44,857 nucleotides of DNA from contig JAAYRV010000138.1 of NCBI GenBank assembly GCA_012518595.1, positions 1 through 44,857 on the forward strand. Reading direction: 5' to 3'. A model generated the notes under the pieces. The model was given only the letters and a program-made list of their open reading frames with translations, had not been told where the DNA came from and ran no database searches. The position numbers and the translations under genes were made by a program. This DNA is from Bacillota bacterium. GTDB taxonomy: Bacteria > Bacillota > SHA-98 > UBA4971. The first letter of the stretch is position 1, and every line of letters starts with the position of its first letter. This document shows, in pieces, positions 37,112 through 44,857 of this stretch.

Positions 37112-37157
37112 TCACTTACTTAATATGCTACACAAATATGACCTATATAAAATCTTT

Positions 37158-37177
37158 AGGGGAGGTTAACCTCCCCT
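37158..37177. terminator. Perfect 20-bp palindrome after the ferredoxin gene
   Basis: AGGGGAGGTTAACCTCCCCT. Confidence 0.45.
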
Positions 37178-37198
37178 TGAAAATCAGGATTATGCGAA

Positions 37199-37372
37199 TT
37201 ATTCTTCCTCTATGATTGCGTCCTCCGGACACTCTTCCGCACACATACCACAATCAGTGCAGATGTCAGGGTCTATCACATACTTGTCGTCTCCTTCACT
37301 GATTGCTTCAAAGGGACATACATCTGCGCATGTACCGCACTTCGTGCAATCATCAGTGATAAAATGTGGCAA
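37199..37372 (-). CDS. Clostridial-type 2x[4Fe-4S] ferredoxin
   Basis: CTKCGTCADVCP and CTDCGMCAEECP; acidic, about 57 aa; TTG 37372 after GAGGGGG. Confidence 0.92.
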   Translation of the reverse strand: MPHFITDDCTKCGTCADVCPFEAISEGDDKYVIDPDICTDCGMCAEECPEDAIIEEE

Positions 37373-37387
37373 CCCGGCCACCCCCTC

Positions 37388-37945
37388 TCAGAATTCCATA
37401 ATTTCAGCTTCTTTAGTTTCCAGCAAACCGTCAACCTCAGCAATAAATGCATCAGTCAACTTTTGAATATCGTCCTGGCCGCGCCTTAGGTCATCCTCGG
37501 TTATTTCCTTGTTTTTCTCTTGTTCGCGCAGGATATCTATGGCTTCGCGCCTGATATTCCTTATACGAATGCGCATCTCCTCAGCGACCTTTCTGGCTAC
37601 CTTCACCAACTCACGACGCCTTTCTTCGGTAAGCGTAGGAATAGGTATTCTAATAACCGAGCCGTCGCTCATAGGTGTTAAGGCCAAGTCTGACTTGAGA
37701 ATAGCTCGTTCGATATCAGACACAAGCTTACGATCCCACGGCTGAATTACGAGAAGACGAGGTTCGGGCACAGAAACACTGGCTACTTGATTTATTGGGT
37801 AAACATCACCGTAAGCCTCTACATTAACCCTGTCCAGCAAGGCAGGATTAGCCCTGCCTGTCCTGATTGACGCAAACTCCTTCCGGGTTGCCTCCACAAC
37901 ATCCTTCATTTTTTCTTCAGTCTTGCGATAATCGTCGTCCGGCAT
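37388..37945 (-). CDS. frr: Ribosome recycling factor
   Basis: IRTGRANP, PTLTEERRRELVK, IRNIRR. Confidence 0.97.
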   Translation of the reverse strand: MPDDDYRKTEEKMKDVVEATRKEFASIRTGRANPALLDRVNVEAYGDVYPINQVASVSVPEPRLLVIQPWDRKLVSDIERAILKSDLALTPMSDGSVIRIPIPTLTEERRRELVKVARKVAEEMRIRIRNIRREAIDILREQEKNKEITEDDLRRGQDDIQKLTDAFIAEVDGLLETKEAEIMEF

Positions 37946-37946
37946 A

Positions 37947-38711
<765 letters not shown>

Positions 38712-39344
38712 TTAATTAATCTCGCATTCCTGCTTCTTGGGCTTATCTACGGCTTCCCCGATTTCAAATCTGGCAAACCGGCTAATCTCCATCTTCTCGC
38801 CTGTCCTGGCCGAGACTTCCATAAGGAGATCTTGCACCGTTCTCTCAGGATCACGAATGTAAGGTTGCTCCAAGAGACACACTTCGCTGTAGAACTTCTT
38901 AATTCGTCCTTCCACGATCTTCTCTGCAATCTTCTCAGGTTTACCTTCATTCAGTGCCTGAGCCTTTAGGATTTCCTTCTCCTTCTCCAGAACTGACTCG
39001 GGAACATCCTCTCGTGACACGAAAAGAGGCCTGGAGGCTGCAATCTGAAGAGCAATTTCTTTGGCAAGGCTTTGGAAATCATCTGTACGCGCCACAAAGT
39101 CGGTCTCACAGTTGACTTCGACAAGGACTCCAATCTTACTTCCATGGTGGATATAAGATTCGATTATCCCTTCCGCAGCTACCCTGCTGGCTCTCCTCAC
39201 CATTTTTGCCAGGCCTTTCTCACGGAGATAGGCCACGGCCTTTTCCATGTCGCCACCGGTCTCAGCAAGAGCATTCTTGCAATCCATCATACCGGCACCG
39301 GTTCTTTCCCGTAGTTCCTTAACATGTTCGGCTGTAATTGCCAC
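38712..39344 (-). CDS. tsf: Elongation factor Ts (short, 210 aa form)
   Basis: [26 protein letters not shown]. Confidence 0.98.
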   Translation of the reverse strand: MAITAEHVKELRERTGAGMMDCKNALAETGGDMEKAVAYLREKGLAKMVRRASRVAAEGIIESYIHHGSKIGVLVEVNCETDFVARTDDFQSLAKEIALQIAASRPLFVSREDVPESVLEKEKEILKAQALNEGKPEKIAEKIVEGRIKKFYSEVCLLEQPYIRDPERTVQDLLMEVSARTGEKMEISRFARFEIGEAVDKPKKQECEIN

Positions 39345-39413
39345 AAGTCCTACCTCCTTACATAGACTACTTACCCGTTACCACTGTCATCATTCGCGCT
39401 ACCGTTATCCAAC

Positions 39414-40247
39414 TCAATCCATCTCAACAATTTCCACGACATCGTTATCAAGAGGCATTTCCACAACGTCAGTTACGCTGTCTTGTATCTCGTCGGCAAT
39501 TTCATCCTCTCTGATTTCTCCGACCGGAGATTGAGCCATATCGCCTTCGAGAGATGCTGCATCCATTCCCTCGAGACCTTCGATAACAGCATCTGCAATC
39601 CTACCGCATATTAGCTTGATAGCACGGATAGCATCATCGTTACCGGGAATGACGTAGTCTATTTCGTCCGGATCGCAATTTGTGTCTACTATAGAGATTA
39701 TTGGTATATTGAGCTTTCTCCCTTCTTGCACTGCTATTCGCTCCTTACGCGGATCAACTATGAAAACTGCATCAGGTAACTTCTCCATATCACGTACGCC
39801 GCCTAAGAACTTCTCCAGCTTCTGTTTCTCCTTTATGAGTTGAAGGACTTCCTTCTTCGGCAGCACGGTAAAGGAACCGTCGGTTTCCATTTGCTCAATT
39901 TCTTGGAGGCGCCGGACACGTTTTCTTATCGTCCGGAAGTTGGTGAGCATTCCACCCAACCACCGCACGTTGACGTAGAACATACCACAACGCTCAGCTT
40001 CTTCTCTGATCGTGCTTTGGGCCTGTTTCTTTGTGCCGACGAACAGAATAGTGCCTCCATCCGCCACTACATCCTTTACGAATGAATATGCGTCCTCCAT
40101 CATTTTCACGGTTCTCTGCAGATCAATAATGTATATCCCGTTGCGCTCGGTGAAGATATACGGCTTCATCTTAGGATTCCAACGCCTGGTTTGATGCCCG
40201 AAATGGACGCCTGCTTCAAGTAGTTGCTTCATCGTGACTACTGCCAT
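39414..40247 (-). CDS. rpsB: 30S ribosomal protein S2 with acidic C-terminal tail
   Basis: [39 protein letters not shown]; ATG 40247 after GGAGGTG. Confidence 0.98.
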   Translation of the reverse strand: MAVVTMKQLLEAGVHFGHQTRRWNPKMKPYIFTERNGIYIIDLQRTVKMMEDAYSFVKDVVADGGTILFVGTKKQAQSTIREEAERCGMFYVNVRWLGGMLTNFRTIRKRVRRLQEIEQMETDGSFTVLPKKEVLQLIKEKQKLEKFLGGVRDMEKLPDAVFIVDPRKERIAVQEGRKLNIPIISIVDTNCDPDEIDYVIPGNDDAIRAIKLICGRIADAVIEGLEGMDAASLEGDMAQSPVGEIREDEIADEIQDSVTDVVEMPLDNDVVEIVEMD

Positions 40248-40267
40248 AATCTCACCTCCTCCCTGTT

Positions 40268-40347
40268 CGGTTTTTCCTCCGCTTCTCTCATTCCTAGGCA
40301 TAACCCGTATCAAGGGCACCGATACCAAGGTCAAGAAGCGTGCGTGA
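40268..40347 (-). promoter_or_regulatory. rpsB 5' leader (probable S2 autoregulatory structure)
   Basis: CACGCACGCTTCT...AGAAGCGGAGGAAAAACC long-range pairing resembling Firmicutes rpsB leaders (recalled, not searched). Confidence 0.5.
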
Positions 40348-40361
40348 TAACGCCAATGCGT

Positions 40362-40390
40362 AGTATACCACACTATAATAGCCATATCAA
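40362..40390 (-). promoter_or_regulatory. Sigma-A promoter of rpsB-tsf
   Basis: TTGATA-N17-TATACT with TG extension. Confidence 0.75.
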
Positions 40391-40463
40391 CGAACTCGCG
40401 TGAACTCATGTGAAGAACTTATCAGTCTCTCAGTGTATAACTTGCTCATCCTGTGCCGAACGG

Positions 40464-40493
40464 GAATAGTTGAGCATCGCCGGGGAATACCTA
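40464..40493 (+). promoter_or_regulatory. Possible forespore (sigF/sigG-type) promoter of the ger operon
   Basis: GAATA-N15-GGAATACCTA; imperfect match to consensus. Confidence 0.25.
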
Positions 40494-40544
40494 AATTGAG
40501 CAATTCTTAAGCTACTCACGGGTAGCAAGAGCGGAGGCCTCTAG

Positions 40545-42416
40545 GTGCAACTAATTGGCATGTTTTTGCAGAAGCTCATCTCACTTCTGTCATTTAATCC
40601 TCCGGAAGACGAAACCCGGTCTGACGCCTGTGCCGGAAGAGAACCTAATGTCCAAGAACAGAAGATGCAAAAACCTCCACAGGATACAAGGTCCGGACGC
40701 CGGCGTATTAGAGCGAGACGCAAATCAGCGGTCAGTCAAAATCGTGTCCTACCGAGAAGAATTGAAGGCATCAATCTCGGGTCAAAACAAGATTCTTCCG
40801 GTGAGATCTCTCCGCCCGATGATTCGCCTTCAACCGGCAAGACAGATGGTTGCGAAATGAAACCCCTTACCAAAGGTCTCGATGCAAACCTCAACGCCTT
40901 GAAGAAAATCCTTCACCACGGCACTAATGCAGATGTAGTAATAAGAGAGTTTGACATACCGACTATTCCTGAAACAAGAGCGTCAATCATATTCATAGAC
41001 AGCTTGGCTTCGAGAGACACAATTGACTTCGCTATCCTCCAACCCTTGATGCTCATTGCCAACCTGAATGACGGGAAAACAGACGATCGCCTGGAAATGG
41101 TCAAGCGAAGACTGCTTCCTGGCAATCAGGTAACAGAAGTGGATAACCTCCGTGCAGTAACAGAAGATGTTCTTTCAGGCGCCACGTGCCTGCTCATTGA
41201 GGAAAGCGATATTGCTCTCTCCATAGAGACCAGGTCATGGGAACATAGGAGTATAGACAAGCCTTCAGCTGAAATGGTAGTCCGAGGTCCTCAAGAAGCC
41301 TTCAATGAGACCCTGAAGAGCAACCTTGCGCTCATTAGAAGGAGAATGCGCACACCTGATCTTATCAGTGAAATGCTGAAAGTAGGCACGCTGTCAAGAG
41401 TGGATTGCGCTGTCCTGTATATAGAGGGTCTGACCAATCCTGAGCTGGTAGATGAAGTCAAAAGAAGAATATTGGAGACTAAGGCAGATCATATACAGGA
41501 CACAGGAATCCTTGAGCAGTTCATAGAGGAGAAACCTTATGTCTTAGCGCCGCAAACCATTTCTACGGAACGGCCGGATAGAATGGCAGCATTTCTCGCA
41601 GAAGGGTACGTTGGGATTATGCTTGACGGCAGCCCGTTTGGACTCGTGCTCCCGGCTACTTTCTGGTCACTCCTGCAATCCGCAGAAGACTATTTTCTTA
41701 GGTGGCCCTTTGGTGCATTTCTTAGGGCAATCAGAACTTTGGCCCTCATATTAGCCATATTCTTGCCTGCAATATATCTTGCGCTGACTAATTTCCATCC
41801 GGAAATGATTCCAACAGATCTCCTCTTAGCCATAGCCGCCAGCCGCGAAAAAGTGCCTTTCCCTACCGCTGTTGAAGTGCTGATAATGGAGATTTCCATT
41901 GAACTAATACGTGAAGCCGGAGTTAGAATCCCCGGTGTAATCGGGCCTACCCTCGGAATAGTAGGCGCGCTGATTCTGGGACAGGCAGCTGTCGCAGCTT
42001 CAATAGTCAGTCCTATACTCGTAGTCATAGTGGCTATTACAGCTTTGGGGGCATTTGCCGTCCCAAATTTCAACATGGCCTTTGCAATTCGCCTCTATCG
42101 ATTCGTGTACGTATTGCTTGCTGCAGCTCTGGGCTTCTACGGTGTTGCCATCGGCGTGTTCATACAGCTTACGACATATGTGAACCTCAAATCCTTTGGC
42201 GTGCCATATATGTCTCCCGTCGCTCCGTATACGCGCTCCAGCGGGGACGCGCTCTTTCGATATCCTGTATGGAAATCAGAGATTCGCCCTTCTTTCCTCA
42301 AGCCTCAACAAGAGGAGAGACAACCCCCAATATCACGCGGATGGATTGAAGACGAGGGCAGTGGCAAATCAGAACCCGGAGGAGCGAAAGGGAAAAACCA
42401 TGGCAAACGAAAGTAA
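40545..42416 (+). CDS. Germinant receptor A subunit (GerA/GerKA family)
   Basis: VVRGPQEAF.E, TERPD, DGSPF, VPFP..VE, ELIREAG.RIP, IVGALILGQAAV, SFGVPY. Confidence 0.95.
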   Translation: MQLIGMFLQKLISLLSFNPPEDETRSDACAGREPNVQEQKMQKPPQDTRSGRRRIRARRKSAVSQNRVLPRRIEGINLGSKQDSSGEISPPDDSPSTGKTDGCEMKPLTKGLDANLNALKKILHHGTNADVVIREFDIPTIPETRASIIFIDSLASRDTIDFAILQPLMLIANLNDGKTDDRLEMVKRRLLPGNQVTEVDNLRAVTEDVLSGATCLLIEESDIALSIETRSWEHRSIDKPSAEMVVRGPQEAFNETLKSNLALIRRRMRTPDLISEMLKVGTLSRVDCAVLYIEGLTNPELVDEVKRRILETKADHIQDTGILEQFIEEKPYVLAPQTISTERPDRMAAFLAEGYVGIMLDGSPFGLVLPATFWSLLQSAEDYFLRWPFGAFLRAIRTLALILAIFLPAIYLALTNFHPEMIPTDLLLAIAASREKVPFPTAVEVLIMEISIELIREAGVRIPGVIGPTLGIVGALILGQAAVAASIVSPILVVIVAITALGAFAVPNFNMAFAIRLYRFVYVLLAAALGFYGVAIGVFIQLTTYVNLKSFGVPYMSPVAPYTRSSGDALFRYPVWKSEIRPSFLKPQQEERQPPISRGWIEDEGSGKSEPGGAKGKNHGKRK

Positions 42417-43503
42417 CCAAAAGATAGGAACCAGGGAAGCCATAGCAGCCACCGTCTATTTTTTGTCCACAAAACTCCTGATATCTTTTCCGCAGCATAT
42501 GGCTGAAATGGGCCAAACTGCAGCCTGGGTTGTTCCCATCATAAGCTTTATCACAGCGACCCTGGGCTTTCTCATTATAATAGCTCTATTAAAGTGTTAC
42601 CCGGGGGGAAACCTAATTCAAGCAAGTGAGGAAGCCGCCGGCCCTGTAATCGGCATCATTGCTTCACTGGGATATTTCGCTTTCTTCTTCGCCACGACAG
42701 TGATTCTAATCCGGGAATTCTCCGAGACAGTAAGCACTGCTTTGCTTCCGCGCACCCCGCTCTCAGTGATTATGGCAGTCTTTATCATTGCAACCCTGGT
42801 TGCCGCATATATGGGGCTTGAAGCAATAACAAGGGCTGCATTGGTCGGCATGCCCCTTATTATTGGCACACTCATTCTGCTTAATGTCTTGTTACTGCCT
42901 CAAAGTGACTTTGATACCATATTCCCGCTGTTCGGACCGGGCCTCGGGAAGTTGCTCTACAACGGGGTGATTCACTCGGGAATTGCAGGTGAGGTCCTGT
43001 TTCTCAGCATCATTGTAGGACAACTCGACGAAGAACATAAAGTGCAGAAGATGGGCCTTGCAAGTCTTCTTGTGGCAGCTTCTTTCATGGTTGTGTCAAC
43101 ACTGAACTATTCCGCAGTATTCCCGTATCCCTTAAGCTTGCATATTGCGTACCCGGGATACGAGGCATCAACCTTGATATACATGGGACGATTCCTTCAA
43201 CGCATTGAAGTAGCCTTCGTTTTTCTTTGGGTTATCAGCGCATGTATCCACCTGGCGCTTAGTGGATACACAGCAGCTCGAATCATCCAGGACATGCTGA
43301 AGCTTCCATCATACAAGCCTCTTCTGCCGGCTTTCGCAATCCTTGGATTCACTTTCGCCTTAGTGCCTTCTGACGTCCCTGAGGCTACATATGTTGATTT
43401 CATGATAGTAAAAACCTATGGCGGGTTAGCGATATTCGTTATACCTTTGATTTTGCTTCTAACTGCCAGGCTTAAGGCAGGCTCCAAGATTAACAGGAGG
43501 TAA
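42400..43503 (+). CDS. Germinant receptor B subunit (GerAB/GerKB family)
   Basis: About 10 TM helices, LLPRTP, GLEAITR, FLQRIE; ATG 42400 overlaps the A-subunit end. Confidence 0.9.
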   Translation: MANESNQKIGTREAIAATVYFLSTKLLISFPQHMAEMGQTAAWVVPIISFITATLGFLIIIALLKCYPGGNLIQASEEAAGPVIGIIASLGYFAFFFATTVILIREFSETVSTALLPRTPLSVIMAVFIIATLVAAYMGLEAITRAALVGMPLIIGTLILLNVLLLPQSDFDTIFPLFGPGLGKLLYNGVIHSGIAGEVLFLSIIVGQLDEEHKVQKMGLASLLVAASFMVVSTLNYSAVFPYPLSLHIAYPGYEASTLIYMGRFLQRIEVAFVFLWVISACIHLALSGYTAARIIQDMLKLPSYKPLLPAFAILGFTFALVPSDVPEATYVDFMIVKTYGGLAIFVIPLILLLTARLKAGSKINRR

Positions 43504-43511
43504 GCGGTCTC

Positions 43512-44822
43512 TTGCACTATGCAAAAACTATGATAATAGTTGCGCTCATAGTCACATGCGCATTGATAATCGGAGGCTGTTGGGGCAGAACGGAAGTGGA
43601 CGATCTGGCGCTGGTCATGGCAATCGGCCTTGATAAGGCTGACGACGACTCTGTGTATGTCACATTTCAAATCGCAGTTCCCAGAGCCGTAGCCAGCGGA
43701 GGCGCAGAGGGAGGAGGGCCAAGTGCAGGTGGAGGAGGCACTGAGGCAAGCCTTATTACTACGATGAGAGGCAGATCCATTCTGGGGCTTATTGACATGG
43801 CAAACACATATATAGATCGACGCCTGTCTTTTGTGCACGGTAAACTACTGGTTGTCGGTGAAGATCTTGCCAAGCAAGGCCTGGCGCCTTACGTTTCAGA
43901 GCTGGTGAGATTTCATGAAATAAGAAGGACTATGTTTGTCGTCATAGCCAAAGGCACTGCCCGCGAATTTATTAGCGCGAACAAGCCTATTCTCGAGCAA
44001 AACCCGGCAAAAAACCTGGAACTGCTTGCCCTCGCCTGCAGAAAGGCAGGGCTGATCCCTGCATCCCAGCTCCATAGGTTCTTGGTGGGAATGCAATCAT
44101 TAGGTGAGGAACCCCTTACGATCCTTGCCGGAATTAGCAAACACCAATCACCTGAGGAGAAAGGCGAGAAAAAGAAGGACGAGGCGAAAAGTGAAGGCGA
44201 ATCTCTGAAATTTATACCCATAGAAAAATCAGATATCAACCATATCGCCGGAAAATCTCCGTCAATAGGCGGGAACCCTGTTGAATTGCTGGGCGCAGCA
44301 GTCTTCAGAGGGGACAAGATGGTAGGGGAGATTACCGGGGAAGAGGTAAGATATGTTCTATATCTCCGCGGGACCTTCAAACAGGGCATTACTGTCGCAG
44401 AGGATCCTCTTGATCATGGTAGATTCGTCGCTGCGGATTTACGACTTGCCAGGCCTACACAGCTTCGCGTAGAGAAAGATGGAAATAGGTTTCACATCAA
44501 TGTCAATATCACATTGGAAGGAGGGCTTGTAGGGAGTCAGGGCAAGGAAGATTATGCAGACCCAAAAGTACTTGAAGCGGTTGAAAAGCAACTTGCCAAC
44601 CAGATAGAGGAGGGCTGTAGGGACATTATCAAAAAAGCTCAAACTGAGTTTTCGTCTGATATTTTTGCGTTCGGAAACAAAGCCAGACACCTGGTGACAA
44701 CATGGCAAGATTGGATGGATCTGGACTGGACGGAGGAATTTCCCAGTGCCGCTGCCAAAGTGACGGTAAAAGTCGAGTTGCGCAGAACCGGCCTACTCTT
44801 TAGGTCGCCCGAGCCTTCATGA
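43512..44822 (+). CDS. Germinant receptor C subunit lipoprotein (Ger(x)C)
   Basis: Lipobox IIGGC-W, E.DDLALVMAIGLD, G.AVF, SDIFAFG. Confidence 0.93.
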   Translation: MHYAKTMIIVALIVTCALIIGGCWGRTEVDDLALVMAIGLDKADDDSVYVTFQIAVPRAVASGGAEGGGPSAGGGGTEASLITTMRGRSILGLIDMANTYIDRRLSFVHGKLLVVGEDLAKQGLAPYVSELVRFHEIRRTMFVVIAKGTAREFISANKPILEQNPAKNLELLALACRKAGLIPASQLHRFLVGMQSLGEEPLTILAGISKHQSPEEKGEKKKDEAKSEGESLKFIPIEKSDINHIAGKSPSIGGNPVELLGAAVFRGDKMVGEITGEEVRYVLYLRGTFKQGITVAEDPLDHGRFVAADLRLARPTQLRVEKDGNRFHINVNITLEGGLVGSQGKEDYADPKVLEAVEKQLANQIEEGCRDIIKKAQTEFSSDIFAFGNKARHLVTTWQDWMDLDWTEEFPSAAAKVTVKVELRRTGLLFRSPEPS

Positions 44823-44857
44823 AAGGCAGACTCAGGCGGCTTCTGAAAGGAGGAGTG

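Noticed and set aside
38712-39344. Truncated EF-Ts pseudogene
   Set aside because: Short EF-Ts forms of about 200 aa are an established natural type; motifs are intact
44819-44857. ORF starting at the ATGA overlap with the Ger(x)C stop
   Set aside because: Only 13 codons visible, and a strong RBS (AAAGGAGG) at the edge suggests the next gene starts at or beyond the window end

Overview
Chromosomal window of an anaerobic, spore-forming Bacillota (Firmicutes); almost all genes lie on the minus strand. In transcription order (right to left): rpsB-tsf-pyrH-frr-ferredoxin-uppS-cdsA-ytvI-dxr-rseP-ispG-GT2; a T-box-controlled valS followed by folC, which is fused in frame to a second P-loop ATPase, and a SPOR protein; then a ~21 kb redox/energy-conservation cluster; then maf-radC-mreBCD. 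The cluster contains a DRTGG/kinase/group D-like sensory [FeFe]-hydrogenase/PHP/HATPase module, rseC, a four-gene [FeFe]-hydrogenase with a Rex box over its promoter, rex, nfnAB, fhs, rnfCDGEAB and apbE. A SASP gene and a gerA-family operon are on the plus strand. The four most notable observations: (1) the hydrogenase NuoF-like subunit has non-bifurcating signatures and lacks the C-terminal 2x[4Fe-4S] domain, yet sits next to Rnf, Nfn and Fhs; (2) a dispersed non-coding repeat family (three nested copies of 211, 103 and 70 bp) with short inverted ends, a GTAG-led subterminal hairpin and an optional internal multi-stem insert, whose end overlaps the stop codon of two genes; (3) the FolC-ATPase fusion; (4) a putative H2-sensing phospho-signalling module with no obvious output protein. 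No rRNA, tRNA, CRISPR array or transposase gene was seen. All calls come from reading motifs and context by eye; no searches were run.
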